DNA from: Phaeosaccion multiseriatum
Lineage: Eukaryota > Protista > Ochrophyta, other classes
Length of the DNA stretch: 64,000 nucleotides
Assembly (NCBI GenBank): GCA_965112735.1
Contig: OZ218961.1
Location: 2,604,001 to 2,668,000, forward strand
Direction: 5' to 3'
The translations under genes were made by a program, and so were the position numbers. This document shows positions 1-13,910 of the stretch, piece by piece. Every line of letters starts with the position of its first letter. Position 1 is the first letter of the stretch. Under the pieces are notes generated by a model. The model was not told the DNA's origin. It saw nothing but the letters and a program-made list of their open reading frames with translations, and did no database searches.

Positions 1-262
1 TACGTTTGCGTATGTGTGCAGAAAAGATAAGTCAACGAACGCCGCTCTTCTCTCCTCTCCTCCCGAGGCATCGGGTCAGTCGCATACGAACACACATAGA
101 GCCATACACACACATACATACACTCTCTCACACACATGCATACATACACATACACACACATACACTCTCTCTCACACACATGCATACATGCACATACACA
201 CACATGCACACAAATACACATATCATACACATACACACAGAGGTGCTGAGTGAGTGACTTAC

Positions 263-905
263 AAGAGGATGCTGTACACCACGCCCCAAAAGGCGCCTAC
301 GCTGCCGTACAAGAAGGCATAGAGGATCTGGAGGATCATGAGCAGCATGCACAATATCTTGTAGGTAGTGAGGTAGGTGCAGCTACCGCAGCAGGGAGGA
401 TCAACTGTGGGAGAGGGGGTGAGGGGGTGAGGGGGTGACGAACGGGGTGAGGGAATGAGGTGAGTTTCCGACGTGTCTTTTGGCTAGCCTCCAGTTTAGA
501 TTCAGTTTTCCTCAAAGTTTTCGTCGAAGGAGCGCAGGGGGGAGGGTGAATGTGGAAAGCAAGTACGGGGGTGTGAGTGTGTGAGAGAGAGGGAGGTAGA
601 GGGAAGAAAGAGAGGAGAGAGAGTATCACAGTGACACATACAGAGAGAGATAGTGGTAGAGAGAAGGGTAGAGAGAGATGGAGAGACAGAGAGATACGGT
701 GAGGTGACGAGGTATGGTCGTGTGTACTCACGGTCTCTGACGCCCTTCGCGGCACAATAGAAGAGCAGGACGGACAGCATAATCGCGACAACGAAGTTGA
801 TCAACACGTCCGTAGTCTCACTGTAGTTGTAGTAAGCTTCCGTTGCCACCGTGATGATGCCAGTCGCAATCTGGAGATAGAGGATAGTCGACGCTGTGTA
901 GAGGA

Positions 906-963
<58 letters not shown>

Positions 964-1378
964 GAGGGAACGAGAGAGAAGGGGGGATGAGGTGCGACAA
1001 AGTACCTGTCTTTTGGGGTCCATACACGACATGTATAGACACGCTCACACAAGACGCACACACGCCCACACACGGAGCGTGGCCCCCTGGAGGACTTGGA
1101 TAGATGAAAGAGCAGAAATTCCCCGACGCACCGAGTTGTAGCACCATTCTGGACAGATACAGCACCCTTGGGTCGCTGTAGGGGGTTTGCACGTGCATAG
1201 GCAGGCTTAACTGGTTTGGGAACACAGAGATGCGGCTGGCCTGTTGGCTATAAACCTGCTGAGGCTGCCCGATGGGTGCCGCGACTGGGGCTGTTGTGGG
1301 GGCCGTTGGTGGCGGTTGCTGTCCGGGAATCCTCTGCTGTTCTACCCATTGCATATGGTCAGGCTGAGGCTGTGCCAT
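263..1378 (-). CDS. Predicted multi-pass membrane protein with Q/P-rich N-terminus (3' part beyond window start); exons ~1378-1132, 893-732, 404-263
   Basis: GT-AG exons join in phase: ...RMVLQL/ASTILYLQIATGIITV...INFVVAIMLSVLLFYCAAKGVRD/LDPPCCGSCTYLTTYKILCMLLMILQILYAFLYG...; several hydrophobic segments. Exon 1 donor ambiguous (alternative near 1006). Confidence 0.6.
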
Positions 1379-1629
1379 CGTGATAGCCTATTACGGTAGC
1401 TAGCGTAACGTTTACTCTTCTTCACCCAGGTCGGGATCTTGCTTCTTTATCGGATTTTTGGAGGCGATAGGAATAAGTTTCAGTTTCAGGTCGATTCCTG
1501 CCTTCCTCCTCCTCAAGATCCGCATCCGATCCAAAAATAACAACTCAGCTCATCCAGATCGCCAAAAAAAAAAAAACTTACCTTGAGCAGACGACAACAG
1601 CGGCGGTCCCTTTTAATTCTCAACAGGCG

Positions 1630-2675
1630 ATGAAGGCAACCACAGCAGCCGCAGCAGCGGTCCTTGTCATGGCGAGGACTTCCTCTGCCTTCCTGACCCC
1701 CGTGGCTCTCAACTCGGCCACCTCGCGCAGCGCTTCTGGCACACAGCTCAAGATGACCACGGCTGTGTTTGGGGCAACGGGCCTCACTGGGGGCGAGTGT
1801 GCGTATCAGCTACTGAAGCGAGGGGAGAAGGTCGTGGCGCTTTGCCGGGACCCATCAAAGCTGACCACCCCCCTCGGCAGCACTGGGGATGGGGAGGCAC
1901 CCCTCAAGGATGACAACCTCACAGCCGTCCAGGTCCGTCCTCATTCATTCCGGGGAATGGGGTGCGCTGTGTTTTTGTACAACAGATAAGAAAGACGATG
2001 AAAAACTTGGGAAGAAGAGACGGGAGGGCGAGGGATATATATCTGCTTGGGGAACACGGAGAGTGAGGGCGGGGTATTCATGTGATCGGCTTCCCTCTCT
2101 GGTGCTGCTGCTACGGCTGCCCAGCTATCCACGTAGAGCTGACTGTCCCTTCGTCGTGCGGGCGTACGTATGTGTGTGTGTGCGTGTGTGCTTGCGTGTT
2201 TCCCGCTTCCCTCCCCTCCTTCAGGGCTCCGTGACGGACGCGTCTGCGGTGGATAAGGTGTTCGCGGGCGGGGACGTGACGTCGGTCATCGTTGCTCTGG
2301 GTGAGGGAGGGAGGGAGGGAGGAAGAGAGAGGGAGGAAGGGGGAGGGAGGGAAGGAGGGAGGGAGGGAGGGAGGGGAGTAAGGGAGGGGGGCAGGGAGGG
2401 AGTGAGTGAGTGAGTGAGGGAGGGAGGGAGTCAGTGAGTGAGTGAGTGAGTGAGTGGGTGAATGACAGCTTGACCTTGTCGTGCATGTCAAAGACTCTAT
2501 CGTTACGCATATCCTCACGCTGTCCCTTGTTGTCCTCGTCGCCGCAGGAGGGAAGACGAAGGACGTGGGAGAGACCATGCTCACGGACGGAACGTGAGTA
2601 GCGAGTAGTGAGTGGAGTTAACGCACTAGGACACCATCTGCTTGCTGTCTGCTTGCCTGTCTGCTTGTCTGCCTC

Positions 2676-2722
<47 letters not shown>

Positions 2723-5021
2723 TTCTGTCTGTCTGTCTGTCTGTCCGTCTTTCTGTCTGTCTCTCGGTCTCTCTCTCTCTCTGTCTGTCTATCTTTCTGT
2801 CTGTCTGCTTGTCTGTCTGTCTACCTGTCTGTCTTGTCTGCTTGTCTGTCTGCGTCTCTCTGTGTTAGTCTGTTTGCGTCTGTGTGTCCGTCTACCTGTC
2901 TGTCTCTGTGTGTGTCTGTCTGCCTGTCCGTCTGTCTCTCTCTCTCCTCTCTCTGTGTGTGTGTGTCCGTCTGTCTATCTGTCTGGCCGTCTGTCCTTGA
3001 ACCTTGCACACGGAGCCTGAGCCTCGCCTTGGCGGTGACGAAGGGAGACTGGGCAGCAGGCAGAGAGCGTCCGAGCTTGAGAGAAAGGACTGACTGACTG
3101 ACCGACTGACCGACTGACCGACTGCGGTTATTGTTGATATGGTTCAGTCAGCACACCGTTCCATCCTCTTGTTGTAGACAAACACAGACACTTACAGACA
3201 CTTATCGGCGACTGAAGAATCGCGTCTCTGTAGCTCTCTCTGTCGCTCTCTTTGTGTGTGTGGGTGGGTGTGTGTGTGTGGGTGGGTGGGTGGGTGGGGG
3301 GTGTGTGGGCGCGCGTGCGTGCATGTCTACTCCTTGCTCACTCAGCAACTGACAAACAACTACCCCTACCCCCTATACAACACTACACTGCATAACGTAA
3401 CTGCACTCACAGGAGCAACATCATCAAGAGCATGAAGGCCAATGGAGTCAAGAGGATCGCGGTGGTCACCTCCATCGGAGCAGGGGACAGCGAAGATCAG
3501 GCCCCCTTCTTCTTCAAGGTTGGTTATCGACCCGAGAATAAGAAGAACAGCAGGATCTCTGTTAGCATCGACAAGATGCCATAATGCTTGGATCGATCCA
3601 GTGCAGCTAATGTATTCATCTTCCCCCCTTCTCTGCTTCTTCCCCCTCCCCCCCTCCGCGTTTGTTGTGTTTCTCCCCTTCGTGCTCTGAACAGGTTCTC
3701 ATGTGGGTAAGTGAAGGGATGAAATGGTGATGAGGAGTGTGTCATGCGGAGGAGGGAGAGAGTCGCCGCTTAGGGTCCTCTTGATCTTGAGACTGGAAAG
3801 AAAGCAAAGGCGCTCTACAGTGTAGTCTAGTTCGGCCGTTTCTGCTTTTGTCTTTACAAGGCAAAGAGGCAGAGGGGCGGTCTGTTTTTCGGTGCTTTGG
3901 TGCCATGTGGGACAAGGAGAGGGGGAGAGGGGGAGAGGGAGGGAGGGAGGGAGGCAGGTGGGAAGGGAGGAGGCAGGGGCGGAGGGAAGGTGGCAGGGGG
4001 GAGGGAGGGAGAGATGGAGGGAGGGAGGGAGGGAGGGAGGGAGGGAGGGAGGGAGGGAGGGAGGGAGAGATGGAGGGAGGGAGGGATGGAGGGAGGGAGG
4101 GTGGGAGGAAGAGAGGGAGGGACGGACGAAGGGAAGGAGGGAGAGAGAGAGGGACGGGGGGGTGTTGAGGAGGGTGGGGATGGGAGGGAGGAGAGGGTGG
4201 GGGGTTGTTGCGGAATAACCCTCATAGACCAACGAGAAGGAGCAGCATGAGGGGAGAGAGGGGTAAGCGGCGACTGTTCTTGTCTCTTCTCTCTCTCTCT
4301 CTCATTGGACTCGAGTTATTCACTTAACAGCATTCGCCTTTCATATCCTCTCCCCCAGACGGCCATGAAGAAGATCTTCACCGATAAGAACAACCAGGTC
4401 AGTCTCACTTGTCAGCCTGTCAGTCAGTCACTCACTCACTCAGTGCCTGGTACCATTCGGTCAGTCAGTTTGTCATTCAGTATGCTGGTCAGGAAGGAGG
4501 GAAGAGCACAGGAAGGCCGGACAGTCAGTCAGTCCGTGAGTCAGTGAGTCAGTGAGGCAATCAGTGGGTCAGTCACTCAGTCACTCACTTTCGTAATCAG
4601 TCGGTCACTCAGTGCCTGATGACAGTCAGTCTGTCAGTCACTTGCTCAGTCCCTCCGCCAGTCAGTCAGTCAGTGAGGCAGTCCGTGGCCAGTCAGTCAG
4701 TCAGTCAGTCAGTCAGTCAGTCAGTCACTTGGTCAGTCAGTCAGTCAGTCAAGTCACTCCAGAGAGTCAGTCAGTCCGTCGGCCAGTCGGTCAGTCAGTC
4801 AGTCAGTCAGTCAGTCAGTCAAGTCAGTCGGTTAGGCAGTCAGTCCAGGCGTCAGTTAGTCAGACGTTCAGTCAGTCCGTCGGTCGGTCAGTCAGTCTGT
4901 CAACGTTACCTCCCTCACCAGCACCACTGTCCACTGGCGGTTCCGCACCCACCCCACAGGAGGCTCTCTTCGCGTCAGGCGGCCCAGGAGCCGACCTTGA
5001 CTGGTGCATCGTGCGCCCAGG

Positions 5022-5096
<75 letters not shown>

Positions 5097-6077
5097 GGTG
5101 GGGTGTGTGAGAGAGAGGGTGGGGTGTGTGAGAGAGAGGGAGGGAGAGGAGAGAGAGAGAGAGGGAGGGGGAAGAGAGAGAGAGAGGGTGGGGTGGGAGA
5201 GAGAGGGAGAGAGAGAGAGAGGGAGGGAGAGAGGGGGAGAGAGAGGGAGGGAGAGAGAGAGAGAGACGGAGAGAGAGGGTGGGGTGGGAGAGAGTGTGCA
5301 TTCATGCTTACGTGCATGTCATCTTCGTCACGGGATTTCTCTCCTCTAATCATAACCCATGTGCCTACTCATAATTGCATACCTCTCTCCCAGGCCTCAC
5401 TGTGGACCCTCCCACCGGAGTGATTAACGTCATCAAGGGAGAGGCTGGGTCGATCCCAAGGTCTGTGTCGCCAGCAGTCTTTCCTTCTCTCACCACTCTC
5501 TCTCTCCATCTCTCTCTCATCTCTTTCTCGTCTCTCCTCTCTCCCCCTTTCCCTCTCCTGTGTGTGTCTCTCTCTATCTCTCTCTGTCTCTGCCCTTTTC
5601 ATCCCCCTCTTCTCTTGCTCTCCCTCTTTCCCTCCCTCTCTGTCTGCCAGCACTCCGCCTCCTCCTCGCACCACTCTCTCTCTCTCTCTCAACTCTTCCG
5701 CCACGCACTCACACACACACAAACCCAGGATAGTCGACCTCTCTACGAAATGTTGATGCCTGCAACGCTTGTCGCCTTCCTGCTATCTGGTACGAATATC
5801 CTCTTTCCCTTTACTTTAACGGTTTCACGGTCGCCCTCAGCCTGCTCACCTGCCCCCCCCCACCCCCCTGTCCCTCTCTACTCACTCCCTCTCTCCCCTC
5901 TCCCCTCCGTCTCCCCTCTCTCCACCACTCAGAGCGGATGTGGCTGACTTCTGCATCGGGGCCGTGCTGGACGCCGACTTCCCTTACCTGAAGCAGACCC
6001 CCTGCATCTCCTCTGTGGGAGGCACGAGCTGGACCAAGGACCGAAGCGCCAAGGCCAGGGACGGTATGACTGCATAG
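1630..6077 (+). CDS. Plastid-targeted NAD(P)H-binding Rossmann-fold oxidoreductase (flavin reductase / atypical SDR family); 9 exons ~1630-1932, 2225-2300, 2548-2593, 3412-3518, 3695-3706, 4359-4397, 4960-5023, 5393-5460, 5933-6077
   Basis: Signal peptide + SSAF motif; VFGATGLTG nucleotide-binding motif, VVALCRDP, VVTSIGAGD, LDWCIVRPGGL, IPRADVADF; exons join in frame to TAG at 6075-6077. Confidence 0.85.
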
Positions 6078-7170
6078 AAGAGGGCAGGATACGACTTGAC
6101 TGGAGAGAAGAGGACTACTCACCGCACAGGACACCATCTAACTAGATGACTAGATTGAAGATGACTCACTGCCCAGGTGCCCTACTCGCCGGCTTAGGAA
6201 GGATTAGGAAGGGGCGTGACTGGCGAGAGGAGGAGGGAGAGCGCAGCGGTGAGAGCAGAGCCCTGTCTACGCCCTCACTTACTACCGACGAAGCATATGA
6301 GTAGAGCAGATCTTCTTCCCTGCCTCCCTCCCTCCCCTCCCTCCCTTCCTTCCTTCATCTCTCCCCTTCCTTCCTTCCTTCCTTCCTCTCTCCCTCCTCT
6401 CTCTCACTTACTTCCGACCTTGAGGGGGAGGGAGGAAAGGTGGAGTAGGTGTTTTCATTGACATAATTTTGTATTGCATGGTGGGCACCACCCCCACCAC
6501 CCAAACGGGAAGAGTTGATTGACCACGTGGGTGGACCCTCTCTTCTTCGAGGATGGTGCGGTAGAAACGCGCAATGATGGACATTATTTCATTATTTCCG
6601 CCCCCAAGAGAGCTCTTGTTGCCCCAAATATTTTATTTTAAAAAAAGTAATTTATCTGCTGCATTTTAAAGACGTTGCAGAAGAGCTTCATAAGGCAACT
6701 ACTGTAGTATTTACTTTTCAAATTCAATTCAATTGATTTTATTGATACACACAAACAAACACACACATATACACGCACACACACACACGCACACACACAC
6801 ACGCACACACACACACACACACACACGCACACACTCACACACACACACCCATCGCTAAACGGACGCCATGGGCCACTCACTCGCGCGGCTTGCAAGGCCA
6901 CGTACTCCCGCAAGCAGTGAGTGAGCGCTTGCACGTCCGATTGGCCGGTGGAGGCACTCGCCACTTGAGGAAAGCGCGGGTCTGCCGAATGGTAGGACCG
7001 AGTGTCGTTCAAGAGGTACACCGTCGCTACAGACACGAGCCGAACACTCGAGTCTCCTATGGAAATAAGACCCACTTGTCCTTCAGACACACTCCTGGGC
7101 TGATCTCGCATCGAAACTCAGCAATAGGAGCAGCGGGTGGCGAGTGTCTCAAACTTCAAACTTGTCTTCT

Positions 7171-8737
7171 TCACATGGGCAGGTTCGAGATGGAAAGTGT
7201 GGCTCGGTGAGCACCAGCACCACTATCCTCCCCTGCCGAGAGGTACGCGCTGTGGTGCCACAGCAGAGGATGCTCCTCCCGGGGCATGAGGCAGGTCACA
7301 GAGAGCTTCTTCTCCCTGAGGGTAAGCGACAAGTGCTCGGAGAGGGCAATACCGGGGCCCATCTGACGGAGGTCGTTTCGCTCACCACCGCTACGGCCCT
7401 CCTCGATGCTCTCAGCTCCACCGTTCATCGCCCCTCCTCCTCCTCCTCCTCCTCCTCCTCCTCCTCCTCCTCCTCCTCCTCCTCCTCCTCCTCTGGCACC
7501 TTTACACGACGTTGTAGAGGCACCAGAAGCAAAGCTGAGGGCAGGCATGATAACGTCCAATCTACCACGGCACCCTTCCACCAGAATGGCATGCCGTACG
7601 GCCACCCTGCTCAACGGGGTGGTGAAACCGTCGCTACCACCACCACCACCACTACCACCACCTCCTCCTCCTCCTCCTCTCCCCCCCCCACCGCTGTTGC
7701 CAGAGTACGGAATGGAGGAGGCCGGTGTAGCACCGCCTAGCGAGGAGAAGCGAACATCCATCACATGCTTTACCATCTTCCAATGCCCTACCAGCCCCCT
7801 TTCCACGGCGAGCGCGTACAGCGTGTCTGCCACTTCCCCCCTCCCCATCTCTTCCATGGCGCTGACCAAGAGAAGAAGAGACTCTGTAGACCGCAGAAAG
7901 GGCACAGGGAGAGGGGGGGTGCCGGTGCTGCTCCAGTAAGCATCATCTTGCTCTTCCAGGAAGTGAGCCAGCACCTCACACAGCCGCTCCGGCGACTCCC
8001 CTGCTGCCACCTTGAGCAGAGCGAGACTGCTCCTCTCCAGCTGCGGGTGCTGCTGACGCTGCTGCTGACGCTGACGCCGATGCTGACGACAGCCTCTCCT
8101 TCCTCCCCCTCCTCCTCCTCCTCCTCCCCCTCCTCCTCCTCCTCCTTCTCGTGGTTGGTGTGATGGCGATGGATGCTCTGCCTTGGGGATGTTGCGAAAC
8201 AAGGCCAAGGCCTCGTCCACACGCCCCGCACGGCCCAACGCATCGATGAGGACGCTGTAGCAAGCGTCGTTCGGAGGAGGGGGATGGGGGCCTGCACTTC
8301 TCTCTCCTCCTCTTCCTCCTCCTCCTCCTCCTCCTCCTCCTGCGCTCCTCTCCTGCATCTCCCGCAGCAGGCCCATGGCCATCCCAATCTCGCCACCCCC
8401 TGCACAGGCAGCGATGGCAGCCGAATAGGCCTTGCGCCGAGCCTTGATCCCAAACTGCGGCATTTGCCTCAACACGTGCACCGCCAGCGAGGGCGGGCAT
8501 GCAGCAATCACACGCGCCAACACCCTCTCCGACGGCTTCTTGTGCTTGTACCCCCCCCTCGGGTCTCCAACCGTCCCACTTGGGTCGACCGTCAGCTTGG
8601 CCACGAGTGTCAAAGCCCCCTCATATTCTCCAGCCTTGGCCAGCGCCGAAATGGCACCGCTATAGGTGCTCTCCGTGGGAGCAACGCCCCTGCTGCCGCC
8701 TTGCCTCCCCGCCCCCTTGCTCCCACTCCCTCCTTCA

Positions 8738-8780
<43 letters not shown>

Positions 8781-9790
8781 GTACTTCCATATCCTCGAGC
8801 AAATCCAATACGGCTCTAGTGTTTCCCTCCCTGCCCAACGCGAAGAGTGTGGCGTTATACGCCGCCTCGCTCGGCCACCGCCCTTCCTCCTCAAGTCCTT
8901 GCGTCTGAGTGATACCACCGCCGCCGCTGCGCACCCTGCTGGCCCTGGTGGCCCTTCCACCAACCCGTCGTCTGCTGCCATCCGAAACCCCGACCCCTGC
9001 TACTGCTCCTTCTTCCTCTCCCCTTACTCCATCTGCTGCCATCTCCGCCTTGTTTCTCCCTCCTCGCTGCTCTTCCTGGCGCTGCTGTATCCTGCCCAAT
9101 AGCTGGAGCGCTGCCGCCGCCGCTGCTGTATCACCAACTGCTGTTGCTGAGCCCCCTCCCAACTGCTGGTGCCCAACACCTCTACCACACACCTCCACCA
9201 CGGCGTTGAGTGTAGCAGTAGGCGGCCTGAGGCCACGAGCCTCCATACGGCTCAGTAGCCAGAGAGACCCTTCGTAGTTGCGAGCTCTGCTGCACGCGGC
9301 AATCGCGAGGGCGTAGGAAGACGCGTTGGGCACCAAATAGCTTGTAGATGGCACCAGATGAGAAGAAGAAGATGGAGAGGCCCGGAAGGAGCGGGGAGAG
9401 CGACGGTGCTGCTGCTGCTGCTGCTGCTGCTGTATCACCAACTGCTGCTGCGGTGGTGGCTTGCGTGGCTCGCGCTCCATGTTGCTGAGCAGGGCGAAGG
9501 CTGCTCTGCAGGCATCTTGGGCCTCAAGGGCCTCGAGGTGATGAGTGTAGGCGGGGGGGGGGTGGTGGTGGTGGTGGTGGTGCTGCTGCTGCTGTAGACG
9601 CTCGTAGTACTCTCCATATGCGAGCTCTTCTAGTTCTTGCTCGTGCTCGTCTCCATACTCAGCTGCCTCCGCTGATGAGGGCCAGGCTTCTCGGCCGCCA
9701 TCTCGCTGGTGCTGCCACTGGGCCTTCTTGTTTCCCTCCGCCTCCTTCCCCCCTCCGCTCTTCCCGCCCTTTCCCCTCTTCCCCCCCCCC

Positions 9791-9824
<34 letters not shown>

Positions 9825-10821
9825 CTCCTCCTCCTCCTCCTCCTCCTCCTCCGCTGCTGCTGCATGCAAAGAGAGCGGCGTTGAAGTGGCGCACAGACAG
9901 ATACAGCCCCGCCTCGCGCATCTCCGCAAGCACTGCCCGCGCTCTCTCAAAGTCCCCTCCGTGCGCGCACTCCTCGAGCAGCTCCGAGTACTTGGAGTAC
10001 AGCACTGCCCTACCGGCGTGGTGCATGTTCTGAAGCGCTTGCCAGCCTGCACTTTCCGAACAGCCAACTCCCCCGCTCTCGCCACTGCCCCTGCTACTAC
10101 TGCTGCTGCTGTTGACGGCTCCATCATTATCATCACCATCACTACTACTACTACTACTAGTGGGACTAGTGGAGCAAGGGTGCTCATTGGCATAGGCCTC
10201 TTGGTAGGCCCGCTTGGCCTCCTCGAAGCTCCTGTCCCCCAACAACACACCCTTGCGTCTCATGTCCTGCAGCATCCTGTCTGTCATGCCCAGGCCGCAA
10301 CCGTTAGCCGTGAAGTTGCCATTCTTGTTTACGTTTCCATACTTGTACACCTTTGTTATGCACTCCCCCACCACCGCCCCAACCTCCTCGGGCTCCAGGC
10401 CTTCTCTCCAGGGTCGTTTCAGAGCCGCAGTGACGACGTGCGGGAGCTGCCTCTCTTCCGCCTTGCCCCTCTTCGCCGCCTTGCCCAGCTTTTTCACCAG
10501 CTCCTCCTTGCGCGCTCGGACAGCGAGCAGCGGGTTTCCAAAGCGGTCGTGGCGTAGCTGCTGCAGCTGCAACTCCTCCTCACCTCCACGCTTCTTCTTC
10601 TTTCTCTTCTTTCCCTGCTGGAAGGGCCAGGGCACGTCCATCGCTTCCTCGACGTCGCAGATCTTCCCCCAGCGTGTCCATGCGTGGGCTGAGCGCCTGA
10701 TCACCCCATGATCGCCGGGGACTCTGCCTGCTCCACGCTGTGGCTGTGGGTAGAGGAAGACGCGGCTCGCCACACGTATCCTCCTTGGTACCCTCAGCCC
10801 TCTCCCGCACCAGCTCAACAT
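7171..10821 (-). CDS. Pentatricopeptide-repeat (PPR) protein with long poly-G/Q/S insertions and a possible degenerate C-terminal Smr domain; apparently intronless
   Basis: 1216-aa ORF with multiple PPR-like units (YSELLEECAHGGDFERARAVLAEMREAGL; SYALAIAACSRARNYEGSLWLLSRMEARGLRP; TYSGAISALAKAGEYEGAL; CYSVLIDALGRAGRVDEALALF). Confidence 0.85.
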
Positions 10822-11268
10822 ACAGTCACGCCTCTGCTAAAGAGAAGATGAGCACACCCTCATTCTGGTTGGCGTCTGCTCTCCTCGAAGACGAAGATAC
10901 ACTCGAAGCTCATGTGTTGGTGACACAAGGACACGAGCTTCGTCGCCATTTGTCATTTACCCCCAAAAAACAAAAAACAAAAATTTGCTCACCTCTTCAA
11001 AACGGCAACGGCTCCCCTCCTCCTCGTCCGCTCATCTCCGCTCATCTCCGCTCCTCCTTTCTCTCTTGCTTCCACGCTCCACTCCTGCCTCCTCTTTTCC
11101 GTCTGTGGTCCATCCTCTCTCAATCTTTTCTCTCCTCCCTTCTTCCTCTATCTTTTCTTGGCCCTTCTTATCCGGCTTGTTGTGAGGCAGGCGGTCGACC
11201 CAAGCTCCCAGCCAGAGCCTACTAGATTACCGACGAGGGGGCCGTGAGAGCATCCTTTCTTCTCACCA

Positions 11269-13481
11269 ATGCAGACCCACGCCTTCAGCTGCGAGGTAAG
11301 CAAGCAATATCCGGCGGCTAAAAGGACCAATGCCACTGACTGCTCCAAGAATCCACTCGCTCACTCACTCAATCCTTCGCCCCCCTCTCACGTCCTGCTG
11401 TTGTACGTTGCACGCATTGTGCGTGGCAGCAGGCCACGCGCCTGCGCGAAGCCATTACCTGGGATCAGAGCGACCAGAGCATCAAGAAGGTGCAAGCGGC
11501 TGTAAGGGCCCTCGTCGAGAAGAACGGAGGGAGGAAGGCATGCTTGGACGAACGCCTCAGCCAGTCAGGACACGTTGCTCTGCTCATGGCGGTTCTTCGA
11601 CGAAGGTGTGACGTCGTTGCGCTTCTGCTGCAAGAGGGAGCGTCACCCGATCCTCGGGATCGCTCCATGGACATGACTGTGTTGGCGTACGCCTGCTATC
11701 TGGACGACGCTCCCATCGCACAACACCTCCTCTCTGCGGGCGCCAAGGTCGATGGAAGAATGGAGGATGGACGCACCGCCTTGATGGCCGCATCCGAGAT
11801 GGGGCATTATGCAGTGGTGCAGCAGCTTCTTTCTGCTGGTGCACAGGTGGATTTCGTGGGGACGAAGGGCTTTACAGCGCTCCATGAAGCCGCACGTGCA
11901 GGACACAAGGCTGTGGTGCAGCAGCTTCTTTCAGCTGGTGCACAAGTGGACAAGCCAGATCGATTCGGCGGCACGAGAGCCTTGTATTGGGCCTCCCAGG
12001 AGGGGCATCATGCAGTGGTGGAGCAGCTTCTTTCGGCTGGTGCGGAGGAGGATTTGGTAGCAATGAATGGCTTTACGGCGCTCCATGAAGCCGCACGCGC
12101 AGGACACCATAGAGTGGTACAGGAGCTTCTTTCCGCTGGGGCACGGGTGGACAAACCAGATCGACGCGGCGGTGCGGGAGCCTTGTATTGGGCCTCCCTG
12201 GAGGGGCATCATGTAGTGGTGCAGCAGCTTCTTTCCGCTGGTGCGCAGGTGAATTCGGCAGGGATGAAGGGCTTTACAGCGCTCCATGAAGCTTCATCGA
12301 AAGGACATTCGCCCGTGGTGCAGCAGCTGCTTTCAGCTGGGGCGCAGGTGGACAGGACGGGTCCTTACGGCTCGACTGCCTTGCAGTTCGCCTCTTGTCG
12401 AGGGCACGATGCGGTGGTGGAGCAGCTTCTATCAGCAGGCGCACACGTGGACCGCCAAGATCTGAGAGGATTTACGGCACTTCACGTGGCCTCACTTGTA
12501 GATCATGGCAAGGTCGTACAGCAGCTTCTCTCAGCTGGTGCGCAGGTGGACATGACCGACTGGGATGGTGCTACGGCCCTGCTTCATGCCTGCCAGGCGG
12601 GTCATCATTCCGTGGTGCAGCAGCTTCTGTCCGCCGGCTCTCGTCCCAACCAGGTGGACGTTCGCATCCCTCAAGGCGGGACCCCATTGTTACTGGCCGC
12701 CCAAGGAGGCCACCACAGGACCATACAGGTGCTGCTCACCTCCGGGGCAGATGCAAACCTCGGACACTCTGGTGGATGGTTTCCGCTGGCTGGGGCAAGT
12801 ATGAACGGCCATGGCATTGTGGTGGAGCAGCTCATCGACGCGGGTGCGGACCTGGAGAGTCGTAGTGGGACGAGAAGGAGAACGGCGCTGATGATTGCAG
12901 CTTTGGAAGGGCACCCAAGTGTCGTGCGACAGCTGCTGATGGCTGGTGCAGAGGTGAATGCAATCAGTGACGACGGATACGAAGCGATACACCTGGCGTC
13001 CTTGGCTGGCCGTGATGATGTCCTGCCGGAGCTCATCTCAGGAGGTACCGATGTAGAGACGCTTTCTGCTGAGGCGACTACAGCTCTGTGTTATGCTGCA
13101 GAAAAGGGCCATGAGGCAGTAATCGATGAGCTGCTGGCCGCGGGGGCTGATCCTGACCACGGTGGCGACGCCCCCCCTGGGATGCCCTTGTTTCGTGCCG
13201 CACAAGAGGGTCACATCGACGCGGTGCTGCAGCTGCTCTCAGGAGGGGCCTCTCTGGCGGAGGCCCTGGCTCGAGCCCGACAGGTCAACGACTCAGACTG
13301 TGTGAAGTTGCTCCAGGACGCGCACAGACAGCTCTTTGCGTCACAGAGCGCGTTGGATGTGATGCGGACGTGCGACCCTGTCTTTGGCAAGGAGCGAGGG
13401 CGGACGGTGTCAGAGAGAGACATTTACCCAGAGGCGCTGCAGGATGTGGCGTCTGAGATAGGGGATGACGGTGTTTGCTAG
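11269..13481 (+). CDS. Ankyrin-repeat protein (~17 repeats); exons 11269-11295 and 11433-13481
   Basis: Repeated GxTALHxAAxxGHxxVVxxLLSAGAxVD; short first exon MQTHAFSCE with GTAAG donor joins in frame at a CAG acceptor. Confidence 0.9.
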
Positions 13482-13910
13482 TCAGCTCGAGGGTTCAATA
13501 CCTACCTGGTGCAAAGGTTTGATAGGTATCGTAGGACGGGGGTGCTTGAATGCATGCATGCCTGCATGTTGCGCCGTACGTGCTCGCAGGATAGAGAGCG
13601 TCAAAGACGCGGACACAAGACTAATTTTTTTAATCAGTCTATTCTTTTTTATCGTCCCTTGTTATCATAGACGCTCACGTTTTTTTACCTTTATCAACAC
13701 CCTCGTCCCCGTCCATCAGCAACGTCCACTCTTCCTCATTTCACAGTATACACAATTGAATTGAGGGGGGGGAAGAAAGAATGACATCACAGAACCCACA
13801 GCATGGAAGATGCTATTGTACGATCGTGCGCTCGCTCCGTGCCTACCTATTTGACATAGCCTCCCTGTCTGACGCTGCCTGAGGCTCAAACGCCTGAGGC
13901 TGAAACGACA

